DNA of 64,000 bases. Source: Synergistota bacterium (GTDB taxonomy: Bacteria; Synergistota; Synergistia; Synergistales; Aminobacteriaceae). Each line of letters opens with the position of its first letter. Within the stretch, counting starts at the first letter, position 1. The position numbers were made by a program, and so were the translations under genes. The notes beneath the pieces are model-generated. The model searched no databases and was not told where the DNA came from. It saw only the letters and a program-made list of their open reading frames with translations. Below are positions 55,388 through 62,897 of the stretch, in pieces. The stretch is from contig JAKJGK010000001.1 of the NCBI GenBank assembly GCA_022704435.1, positions 33,554 to 97,553 of the forward strand, read 5' to 3'.

Positions 55388-56740
55388 ATGACAGCCCAAC
55401 CCTCCTGGGACCGGATGCCGCCGGTATCGCTCGAAGCGGAGCGGGCGGCCCTCGGCGCCTGCCTGGTGGACAGGGAGGCTCTTAACGTGGTCATGGATAT
55501 CCTCCAGCCGGAGGATTTCTACGACGCCCTGCACCGTGCCGCGTTCGAGATCGTCTTCTCGATGTCCCAGCGCGACAGGCCCGTCGATCCCCTGACCTTC
55601 CTCGAGGAGGTGTCAAGGCAGGGAAAGACGGAACTCCTCGGGGGGCAGGCCTTCGTAGGCTCTCTGATCGACAGCGTTCCGACCACGGCGAACGTGGAGT
55701 ACCACGCCGGGATAGTCCGCGACAAGGCGATCCACCGAAGGCTTATAAGCGCCGGCAACACTATAGTCAAGCTCGGCTACAGCACCGACATGGACGTCGA
55801 CGACGCACTCGAGGAGGCGGAGCGGGCCGTCTTCGAGATCGCGCAGAAGCGCAACGCCGTGAACTTCCGTCATGTTGGAGAGGTGCTGGGCAGCACCTTC
55901 CTCCAGATAGAGGAGAGGTACAACAGCGTCGACCAGGAGGTTGCGGGCTTCAACTCGGGGTTCTTCGACCTGGACCGCCTGACCGGAGGGTTTCAGCCGG
56001 GCAGCCTGAATATCGTGGCGGCACGGCCGTCCATGGGAAAGACGGCTTTCGCCGTGAACATCGCTCAGTTCGGCGGACAGAAGCAGAAGTTGCCGGTCCT
56101 GATCTTCAGCCTCGAAATGGGGGCGGAGCAGCTTGTCCAACGTATGCTGGGCGCCGAGGCGAAGATAAACATACACGACCTGAGGATCGGATCGTTTCCG
56201 CAATCTTCGTGGGAGGACCTCGCCGAGGCCGCCGGAAGACTGTCGGGGTACCCGATCTACATCGACGACAGCTCGATGCTGTCCACCCTGGAGTTCAGAG
56301 CGCGCTGCAGACGCTTCAAATCAAGGCACAAGGAGATCGGCCTGATCCTCGTGGACTACCTCCAGCTAATGAACTCGTCGAGAAGAATCGACAACAAGCA
56401 GCAGGAGGTCGCGGAGATATCAAGGGCGCTTAAGGGAGTCGCGCGCGAGTTGAACACCCCCGTTATCGCTCTGTCCCAGCTGTCGCGGGCGGTGGAGCAG
56501 AGGACCGAGAAGAAGCCTCAGCTATCGGACCTGCGCGACAGCGGGGCAATAGAGCAGGACGCCGACACTGTCATGATGCTCTATCGGCCAGGCTACTACG
56601 ACTCCGCGGCTCCCGGCGAGGAGGAGGACAACCGGGCGTATATAAACCTTGGAAAGAACAGAAATGGCCCCACCGGAGAGGTGATGCTGATATTTTTTCG
56701 AGAGTTCACAAGGTTCGTCAACCCGGACCGGCGCTTCTGA
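55388..56740 (+). CDS. dnaB: Replicative DNA helicase DnaB
   Basis: 450 aa. Family segments: PPVSLEAERAALGACL, Walker A AARPSMGKTAF, IDYLQLM-type VDYLQLMN, SQLSRAVEQR, IEQDADTVMMLYR. Confidence 0.95.
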   Translation: MTAQPSWDRMPPVSLEAERAALGACLVDREALNVVMDILQPEDFYDALHRAAFEIVFSMSQRDRPVDPLTFLEEVSRQGKTELLGGQAFVGSLIDSVPTTANVEYHAGIVRDKAIHRRLISAGNTIVKLGYSTDMDVDDALEEAERAVFEIAQKRNAVNFRHVGEVLGSTFLQIEERYNSVDQEVAGFNSGFFDLDRLTGGFQPGSLNIVAARPSMGKTAFAVNIAQFGGQKQKLPVLIFSLEMGAEQLVQRMLGAEAKINIHDLRIGSFPQSSWEDLAEAAGRLSGYPIYIDDSSMLSTLEFRARCRRFKSRHKEIGLILVDYLQLMNSSRRIDNKQQEVAEISRALKGVARELNTPVIALSQLSRAVEQRTEKKPQLSDLRDSGAIEQDADTVMMLYRPGYYDSAAPGEEEDNRAYINLGKNRNGPTGEVMLIFFREFTRFVNPDRRF

Positions 56741-56909
56741 TCCTCTGCAAGGCGTGCAGGGCGCTTGAAGTAACGGCCGTTAAAATGTAAAATTACTTGA
56801 TAGCTGCAACAAGGAGACGGTTTTTCAGCGGGGCCAAGGTTCGCTCTCCGTGGTATCCGTACCGGAGCCTGGTGGCGGCCCTGTCATTACTATGGGGGGT
56901 GGCTTGGTG

Positions 56910-57791
56910 ATGAAGGAAGAAAACAGGGCGCTTCCCTCAGGGCCTGTGTCCGAGAGACGGTTGATAGACGTCCCGATCGATCAGATCAGGCCAAACCCGG
57001 CTCAGCCGAGGCAGTTCTTCGAGGAGGGGGAGCTGGAGGAGCTGGCCGCCTCCATAGCGGAGGTCGGAGTCATCCAGCCGGTCGTCCTGATCGCCTCGGA
57101 GCCTGGCTACGAGCTGGTTGTGGGCGAGCGGCGGCTCAGGGCGGCCAAAAGGGCGGGGCTGTCAACCATCCCGGCCATAGTTGTGGAGGCCGACCGCAGG
57201 GAGCAGCAGGTGCTCGCGATGATCGAGAATATTCACAGGAGCAACCTGTCCGCCATAGAGGAGGCCACGGGCCTTCGCGCAATTCTGGAGACCACCGGCT
57301 GGAGCCAGACGGAGCTCGCGACGAGACTTGGCAGGTCGCAGTCATCGGTGGCCAACAAACTGCGCCTGCTCAAGCTGGAGGAACCTGTCCAGATAATGGT
57401 GGTCGAGGGAAAACTGGGCGAGCGCCAGGCGCGCGCACTCGTCTCCCTGTCCGGGGCCGAGCAGCTGTCCATGGCCAAGGATGCCGTACGGGGCAAGCTG
57501 GTGGCGGAGGAGATCGAGCGCAGGGTCAGGGAGAAGAAGACCATCACCGAGAGCGCGCCAGAGCCGGCCGCTCCGCCCCGCGTCCAGGAGTCGAGCGGCC
57601 CCACCGGGGAGATCCTGAAGGATGTCGCCGACCTCGTGGAGAAGAGCAGGAAAAAGGGGATAAGGGTGACCTGGAGGGTGAAGGAGCTCGTGCAGCGGGA
57701 GCTGGTGCTGGAGCTCGTCGTCAGCCTCAAGGGCGACTACGGGGAAGACGGGCCTGCGGATGACCTCTGGGAGAATGGTGTATCTGGTTAA
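56910..57791 (+). CDS. ParB/Noc-family protein (Noc-like, no adjacent ParA)
   Basis: ORF 56850..57791. ATG 56910 is preferred; ATG 56892 is possible. ParB N-domain IDQIRPNPAQPRQFF and CTP-binding box GERRLRAAKRAG. HTH GRSQSSVANKLRLLKLEEPVQ. Confidence 0.85.
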   Translation: MKEENRALPSGPVSERRLIDVPIDQIRPNPAQPRQFFEEGELEELAASIAEVGVIQPVVLIASEPGYELVVGERRLRAAKRAGLSTIPAIVVEADRREQQVLAMIENIHRSNLSAIEEATGLRAILETTGWSQTELATRLGRSQSSVANKLRLLKLEEPVQIMVVEGKLGERQARALVSLSGAEQLSMAKDAVRGKLVAEEIERRVREKKTITESAPEPAAPPRVQESSGPTGEILKDVADLVEKSRKKGIRVTWRVKELVQRELVLELVVSLKGDYGEDGPADDLWENGVSG

Positions 57792-58692
57792 GCGAACTCT
57801 GTATTTCGGCACGGTACTGGCAGTCGCCGCGCTCACAGTATGGTTGTACCTGGCCTGGCTCGAGCGCAGTGCTCTTGAGTCCCCGGATCTGATCGCCGCC
57901 TCGTCCTACGTCTACAGGGAGAGGATACCGGCCAGGGGATTGCTGGTGTGGGACGAGGAGGTCGTAGCCTCCAGGGCGGACGGCCTCGTGTACTATCCGG
58001 CCCCAGGCCCCAGGAGGGTGGCGCGCGGAGAGACGGTCGCATCGATCGAGTCGAAGTCCGGCCGAGTAGAGGTGCGCTCCGAAACCGTGGGTTACTTTGT
58101 CCCGGGACTTGACGGCTCGGAGGGGAATTGGAGGTACTCGTCGCTCTGGGCCGGGACCGCCCCCCTGCCTGCGGCGCCGCCGCTCGTCGAGTTCAGCAGC
58201 GGGAGGCCGGTGCGTCGCGGAGAGGCGTTAGGCAAGATCATCCCCCAGCCGCAAGACCTGCGTTGCGTGGCCTACATCGACCTGACGCCGTCGCTCGAGA
58301 AGGACATCCGCGCCGGTTTCGCGAGCATGAGGCTTAGGGAGGGCGGACGCCCTGCAAGAGTTCCGGTGAGGGCGTCGCAGTTCATAGGCGTTAAGACGAA
58401 GCTCTACCTTACGTTGCCCTTCTTCCCCGCGGAGATGGCTCGTTCGAGGGAGATAAGCTTCATCCTCGAGACCGGGGAGAGCCTTGGGGTCCTCGTGCCG
58501 GAGACGTCGGTGATGTACAGGGGGGGGAAGCTCGGAGTGCTCCAGGTGGAAGGGAATGTCGCGTCTTTCAAGGAGGTCTGGGGCATGCCGGTGGAGGGCG
58601 GAAACTTTTTTATACAAAAAGGCCTTCAGCCCGGGAATGTCGTCGTGCTTGACGCGGACGGAGCGAAAGAGGGAAAGATTCGATTATGGTGA
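57775..58692 (+). CDS. Hypothetical membrane-anchored beta-rich protein (HlyD-like barrel features)
   Basis: ORF 57760..58692, with ATG at 57760 or 57775. It overlaps the 3' end of the ParB-like gene. One N-terminal TM (LYFGTVLAVAALTVWLYLAWL). The C-terminus (GVLVPETSVMYRGGKLGVLQVEG...) is reminiscent of periplasmic-adaptor beta barrels. Confidence 0.5.
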   Translation: MVYLVKRTLYFGTVLAVAALTVWLYLAWLERSALESPDLIAASSYVYRERIPARGLLVWDEEVVASRADGLVYYPAPGPRRVARGETVASIESKSGRVEVRSETVGYFVPGLDGSEGNWRYSSLWAGTAPLPAAPPLVEFSSGRPVRRGEALGKIIPQPQDLRCVAYIDLTPSLEKDIRAGFASMRLREGGRPARVPVRASQFIGVKTKLYLTLPFFPAEMARSREISFILETGESLGVLVPETSVMYRGGKLGVLQVEGNVASFKEVWGMPVEGGNFFIQKGLQPGNVVVLDADGAKEGKIRLW

Positions 58693-59384
58693 GCTCAATA
58701 GAGGAAAACCTGAAGCGCGTGAAAGAGGCCCTTGCCGCCGCAGCGGAGCGGAGCGGAAGGGACGCCGGAGAGATCAGGCTCATCGCGGTATCGAAGACCC
58801 ATCCGGTGGAGTCGATCATGGAGGCCGTCCGCTGCGGAATAGAAGCCGTAGGCGAGAACAGGATCCAGGAGCTCGAGGAGAAGAGGCGATCCTGGGAGGG
58901 GCCTCCAGTCGACTGGCGATTCATCGGCCACCTTCAGACCAACAAGGTCCGCAAGGCCGTCGAGTTTTCGTCCGCCGTGGATTCGGTCGACTCACCGAGG
59001 CTCGCGCTGGCGCTCGCGCGGGCTGCTGAGGAGAGGGGGACGACCCTCCCGGTGCTGGTCGAGGTCAACACGTCCGGGGAGTCCAGCAAGCACGGTGTTC
59101 ACCCTTCGCAGGCGGCTCGCCTGGTCGAGGTGCTGCTGGAGGAGTGCCCCGCCCTAAGGCTGGACGGCCTTATGACGATAGGCCCGCTGTCCGACGACAT
59201 CTCAGAGGTGAGAAGGGCTTTCGCAATGTTGCGCACTCTTCGCGACGGGCTCGCGAGGGATTTTGGCCGCCCGTTGAGAGAGCTGTCGATGGGCATGAGC
59301 GGAGATTACGAGCAGGCTGTCGCAGAGGGCTCGACCATGGTCCGAATAGGGTCGGCGATTTTCGGAAGCCGATCTCGACCTTAA
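58686..59384 (+). CDS. yggS: YggS-family pyridoxal-phosphate homeostasis protein (YlmE)
   Basis: 232 aa. Family segments: IRLIAVSKTHPVE (PLP Lys), GENRIQE, WRFIGHLQTNK, LSMGMSGDYEQAVAEGSTMVRIGSAIFG. Confidence 0.9.
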   Translation: MVSSIEENLKRVKEALAAAAERSGRDAGEIRLIAVSKTHPVESIMEAVRCGIEAVGENRIQELEEKRRSWEGPPVDWRFIGHLQTNKVRKAVEFSSAVDSVDSPRLALALARAAEERGTTLPVLVEVNTSGESSKHGVHPSQAARLVEVLLEECPALRLDGLMTIGPLSDDISEVRRAFAMLRTLRDGLARDFGRPLRELSMGMSGDYEQAVAEGSTMVRIGSAIFGSRSRP

Positions 59385-59387
59385 CAC

Positions 59388-59771
59388 ATGTCCGTGCTGG
59401 ATAGGGTAATGGCGTTGTTGGGGCTTGTGGACAGATCCGCAGAGGACGAGGTCCCGGGATCGGCCGCCGCCCTCGAGGCCAGGGAGGACCGCGTGCTCAC
59501 CCCCATCCCGGAGAGCGCGGCGCTCATAATCGCGAGGGGTGCGGAGGGGGTTCGCCGGAAGGAGGACCTGGCCCAGGCCCTCCGGAAGGGCAAGATGCTG
59601 GTGGTGGACCTGCGCGGCCTTGAACGGGAGTCAGGTCAGAGTCTGCTGGATTTTCTGTGCGGAGCTGCATTCGCCAACAGGGGGACCGTGATTCGTCTGG
59701 CCGGGGGAGTCTTTCTCGCCGCGCCACGCAGCAGCATGACGGAGGAATGGGAGGAGGGAGACCGTGTCTGA
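59388..59771 (+). CDS. sepF: Cell division protein SepF (YlmF)
   Basis: 127 aa. Core DUF552-like segment: ALRKGKMLVVDLRGLERESGQSLLDFLCGAAFANRGTVIRLAGGVFLAAP. Confidence 0.8.
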   Translation: MSVLDRVMALLGLVDRSAEDEVPGSAAALEAREDRVLTPIPESAALIIARGAEGVRRKEDLAQALRKGKMLVVDLRGLERESGQSLLDFLCGAAFANRGTVIRLAGGVFLAAPRSSMTEEWEEGDRV

Positions 59772-60252
59772 ACTTCTTACAGCTCGCGACGTGGAGAGCA
59801 TGAGGTTCTCCCGTGCGATGCGCGGGTACTCGGCCACGGAGGTCGATCGCTTCCTCGACCAGGTGGCCGAGGATATCCAGAAATATTGCGTTCAATACGC
59901 CGACCTGGAGCGCTATGCGGCGCGACTCGAGGACAAGATAAGGGAGCACGAGGAGCTCAAGGAGACCCTGTCCGGGACCCTGGTCATGGCGCAGGAGAGC
60001 GCCAAAGCCAAGGCGGAGGCCGCCGACGCGGAGGCGAAGAGCATAATAGATTCGGCCAAGTCCAGGGCCGAGCGGATCGTCCAGGAGGCAGAGGCGGACC
60101 GGGAGCGGGTTCGAAGGGATATCGACCGCCTGAGGAACCTGCGCCAGGAGTTCGAGGCCGACTTTCGCGCGCTGTTGTCACGTTTCTCCTCGCTCATGGA
60201 GCGTGGCGTTGGCGCAGGCGAGGCCGGGACGAAGGACGACGATCCAAGTTGA
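59764..60252 (+). CDS. divIVA: DivIVA-domain protein
   Basis: 162 aa. N-terminal LTARDVESMRFSRAMRGYSATEVDRFLDQVAEDI, followed by a coiled-coil. Confidence 0.85.
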   Translation: MSELLTARDVESMRFSRAMRGYSATEVDRFLDQVAEDIQKYCVQYADLERYAARLEDKIREHEELKETLSGTLVMAQESAKAKAEAADAEAKSIIDSAKSRAERIVQEAEADRERVRRDIDRLRNLRQEFEADFRALLSRFSSLMERGVGAGEAGTKDDDPS

Positions 60253-62324
60253 CGACACCCCCGGCCGCCCCGTTCGCCTCCGTCCGTTACCTGAAGGGAG
60301 TGGGGCCGTCCAGGGAGCGCTTGCTCGGGAAGCTGAACGTCTTTATCGTCGAGGATCTGCTGTTTCTCTTCCCCCGGCGCTACGAGGACAGGCGCGCACT
60401 GTCCTCCCTCTCCTCGCTGAGGGAGGGGGAGACGACCTCCGCGGTGGCCAGGGTCGTCGCGGTGGAAAAGCGTCGCACGGCCAGGAAGAACCTGACCCTG
60501 ACCACCCTGCTCGTCACGGACGGGCATGGAATGGCCAGGGCGGTCTGGTTCAACAGGAAAGGGTTGGAGAACACCTTCTCCCCCGGGTCGCGGGTGGCGC
60601 TGTACGGCAGGGTGGAACTGCGCGACGGAGTGCCCCAGTTTGCCGCTCCGGAGTTCGAGCTGCTCGACGAGGACGAGGACGATGAGAGGTTCTTGTCGAT
60701 CGTCCCGGTCTACCCCGCGACCGCCGGCCTGCACCAGAAGACCCTGCGCCGGATAATCCGGAACGCCCTTGAACAGTGCCTGCCCGGGATGGAGGACTTC
60801 CTGCCGGGCAGCCTGAGGCAGCGTCACAACCTCCCCGGCCTCTCCGCCTCGCTGACCGAAATTCACTACCCGACCTCGCGCGAGGCCTGGAAGGCCGCTA
60901 GGCGACGCTTGGTCTTCGACGAATTCTTCCTGCTGCAGACAGGGATGGCGATCCGCAGAAACAGGAACCAGGAGGGGGAGGAGCGCGCCCCGTCTCTGGT
61001 CAGAGGGCGCTTCGTCGACGAATACCTGGAGCGCCTTGTTCCTTTCACACTCACGGATGGCCAGAGAGAGTCGATAGAGGAGATCCTGGCGGACATGGAG
61101 AAGGAGGTCCCGATGAACCGCCTCCTGCAGGGGGACGTGGGCTCCGGCAAGACGGTCGTCGCCCTGGTGGCGCTTTTGGCGGCCCTCGACGGCGGCCGCC
61201 AGGGCGCGCTGCTCGCCCCGACCGAGATACTGGCGAGACAGCACTTTCTGCGGCTCGGCCCCGTCTTCTCCGAACTCGGCCTGTCGTGCGCCCTTCTGAC
61301 CGGGGCCGCCGGGTCCAGGGAGAAGAGGGAGATTTACGAGGGGCTCGAATCGGGAGAGATTCACGTCGTGGTGGGCACCCACGCCCTGTTCTCGGAGGGA
61401 GTCTCCTTCGCCGGACTGGGGTTGGCGATAGTGGACGAGCAGCACCGATTCGGCGTGCTGCAGAAACACAGCTTCCGCTCCAAGGGAGTCGCCCCGCACG
61501 TGCTGGTGATGACCGCGACCCCCATCCCCCGCACCCTCACTCTGACCGTGTACGGAGACCTGTCGGTCTCCAGGATCAGGGACATGCCGCCGGGCAGAAA
61601 GGGCGTCTCCACCCGCGTGCTGCGCCCCGGACAACTGAGGCAGGCCGTGGCTTTCTTGAGGCGGCGCTTCGACGCCGGAGAGCGTGCATACTGGATATGC
61701 CCGGTGATAGATGAGAGCGAATCGGACCTGGCTGCCGCCACCGAGAGGTTTGCGCAGCTGTCCGGCGAGTTCTCCGGCTACGGGGTCGGGCTCGTCCACG
61801 GCAGGCTCAAGGCCGAGGAGAGGGAGAGGGCCATGGAGGATTTCCGGCAGGGAGTCACCTCGCTTCTTGTGTCGACCACGGTGGTCGAGGTCGGAGTAGA
61901 CGTGCCCGAGGCCACGGTGGTCGTGGTCGAGGATGCCGTCCGTTTTGGGCTGTCGCAGCTGCACCAGCTGAGGGGGCGCGTGGGTCGCGGCGACCGGGAG
62001 GGACACTGTCTGCTGGTCTGCTCGCCCTCCTCGCCGGAGAGCGCCCGGAGAATCGAGGCGTTTTGCTCTACCCGGGACGGCTTCGCAGTCGCCGAGGCGG
62101 ACCTGTCCATCAGGGGTCCTGGCGAGGTGTGCGGTGTTCGCCAGTCGGGGGTGACTGACTTCCGCATAGCTGATCTCAGGAAAGATTTCGACCTGCTCCA
62201 GCTTGCGCGCTCCGAGGCGTTCGCCCTGGTGGCCAGGGATCCATCGCTGGAGAGCGAGCCGCTGCTGGCCCGTCGAGTGATGCAGGTGCTGGGGAGGTCG
62301 TTGAACCTTGTCGAGACGGCCTGA
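60249..62324 (+). CDS. recG: ATP-dependent DNA helicase RecG
   Basis: ORF 59886..62324 trimmed to TTG 60249, which overlaps the divIVA stop. Wedge-domain N-terminus (VRYLKGVGPSRERLL). Helicase motifs: LQGDVGSGKT, VDEQHRFGV, TATPIPRTL, LHGRLK, VSTTVVEVGVDVP, QLRGRVGRG. Confidence 0.93.
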   Translation: MTTPPAAPFASVRYLKGVGPSRERLLGKLNVFIVEDLLFLFPRRYEDRRALSSLSSLREGETTSAVARVVAVEKRRTARKNLTLTTLLVTDGHGMARAVWFNRKGLENTFSPGSRVALYGRVELRDGVPQFAAPEFELLDEDEDDERFLSIVPVYPATAGLHQKTLRRIIRNALEQCLPGMEDFLPGSLRQRHNLPGLSASLTEIHYPTSREAWKAARRRLVFDEFFLLQTGMAIRRNRNQEGEERAPSLVRGRFVDEYLERLVPFTLTDGQRESIEEILADMEKEVPMNRLLQGDVGSGKTVVALVALLAALDGGRQGALLAPTEILARQHFLRLGPVFSELGLSCALLTGAAGSREKREIYEGLESGEIHVVVGTHALFSEGVSFAGLGLAIVDEQHRFGVLQKHSFRSKGVAPHVLVMTATPIPRTLTLTVYGDLSVSRIRDMPPGRKGVSTRVLRPGQLRQAVAFLRRRFDAGERAYWICPVIDESESDLAAATERFAQLSGEFSGYGVGLVHGRLKAEERERAMEDFRQGVTSLLVSTTVVEVGVDVPEATVVVVEDAVRFGLSQLHQLRGRVGRGDREGHCLLVCSPSSPESARRIEAFCSTRDGFAVAEADLSIRGPGEVCGVRQSGVTDFRIADLRKDFDLLQLARSEAFALVARDPSLESEPLLARRVMQVLGRSLNLVETA

Positions 62325-62751
62325 CAAGGGGCGCGGGACGAGCAAGCCATCTCCCGAAGCCTATATGCAACTCCTTCTGTCGAGGGGGGCATGGACCAAG
62401 GCACTGGCCGTCAGGAAGCTGCTCGACAGAGGAGTCCCCGAAGAGACAGCCAGGAGGCTCGTGGAAAAGTATGAGCAGGCCGGCTTCTTCGACGACGCCG
62501 CCTACGCCCTCCTTTTTGTCGATACCCACCCGGAGTGGGGGCCGCGCAGGCTGCGATACGAGCTAGTCCGCAGAGGGGTGGGCGACGTTGACATAGCGAC
62601 CGCCCTAGAAGAGGTGGACGAGGAGGAGCGAGCGCGATTGTTAGCGAGGGACTGGTTGGATTCAGGTCTTGAGGCTTCCAGGGTCGAACAGAGGCTGCTT
62701 CGGCGCGGGTTCTCGCCAAGCGCGTCCAGGAGAGCTGTCCGCCCCGAATAG
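62308..62751 (+). CDS. recX: RecX-family regulatory protein
   Basis: 147 aa. TTG start overlapping the recG 3' end by 17 nt. RecX-type helical repeats (LLLSRGAWTKALAVRKLLDRGV, FFDDAAYA, GPRRLRYELVRRGV, RLLRRGFS). Confidence 0.7.
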   Translation: MSRRPDKGRGTSKPSPEAYMQLLLSRGAWTKALAVRKLLDRGVPEETARRLVEKYEQAGFFDDAAYALLFVDTHPEWGPRRLRYELVRRGVGDVDIATALEEVDEEERARLLARDWLDSGLEASRVEQRLLRRGFSPSASRRAVRPE

Positions 62752-62897
62752 AAGCGGGAGAGAGTCCGTTTAGGGTGCGAGGGGTTGTGACCGAGCCCCC
62801 GTGCCTGTACAATGATGGGGATGCGGAGGTGAGTGCCCTCTGCATCCTTTGAGACCACAGCACCTTGAAAATATAATCGAGGAGTGATATTGACACC

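Noticed and set aside
56741-56909. parS/NBS-type 16-mer near the ParB-like gene.
   Set aside because: No TGTTNCACGTGAAACA-like palindrome is visible in the flanking intergenic regions. The CACGTG-containing sites elsewhere in the window (for example near 16881 and 39581) lack the flanking half-sites. This was a visual scan only, so a computational search should repeat it.
59913-62345. 810 aa ORF on the minus strand, antisense to recG. Similar long antisense or shadow ORFs occur at 46007..48058 (secA), 30120..32072 (hrcA-dnaK), 10763..12595 (gyrA), 8403..10154 (ilvD), 18896..20416, 24125..25279, 25675..27264, 48143..49522, 51454..52563 and 28097..29578.
   Set aside because: In every case the opposite strand encodes a protein with unmistakable family motifs. 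The antisense translations are Arg/Pro/Gly/His-rich low-complexity strings. Stop-free antisense frames are expected in GC-rich DNA with high third-position GC.
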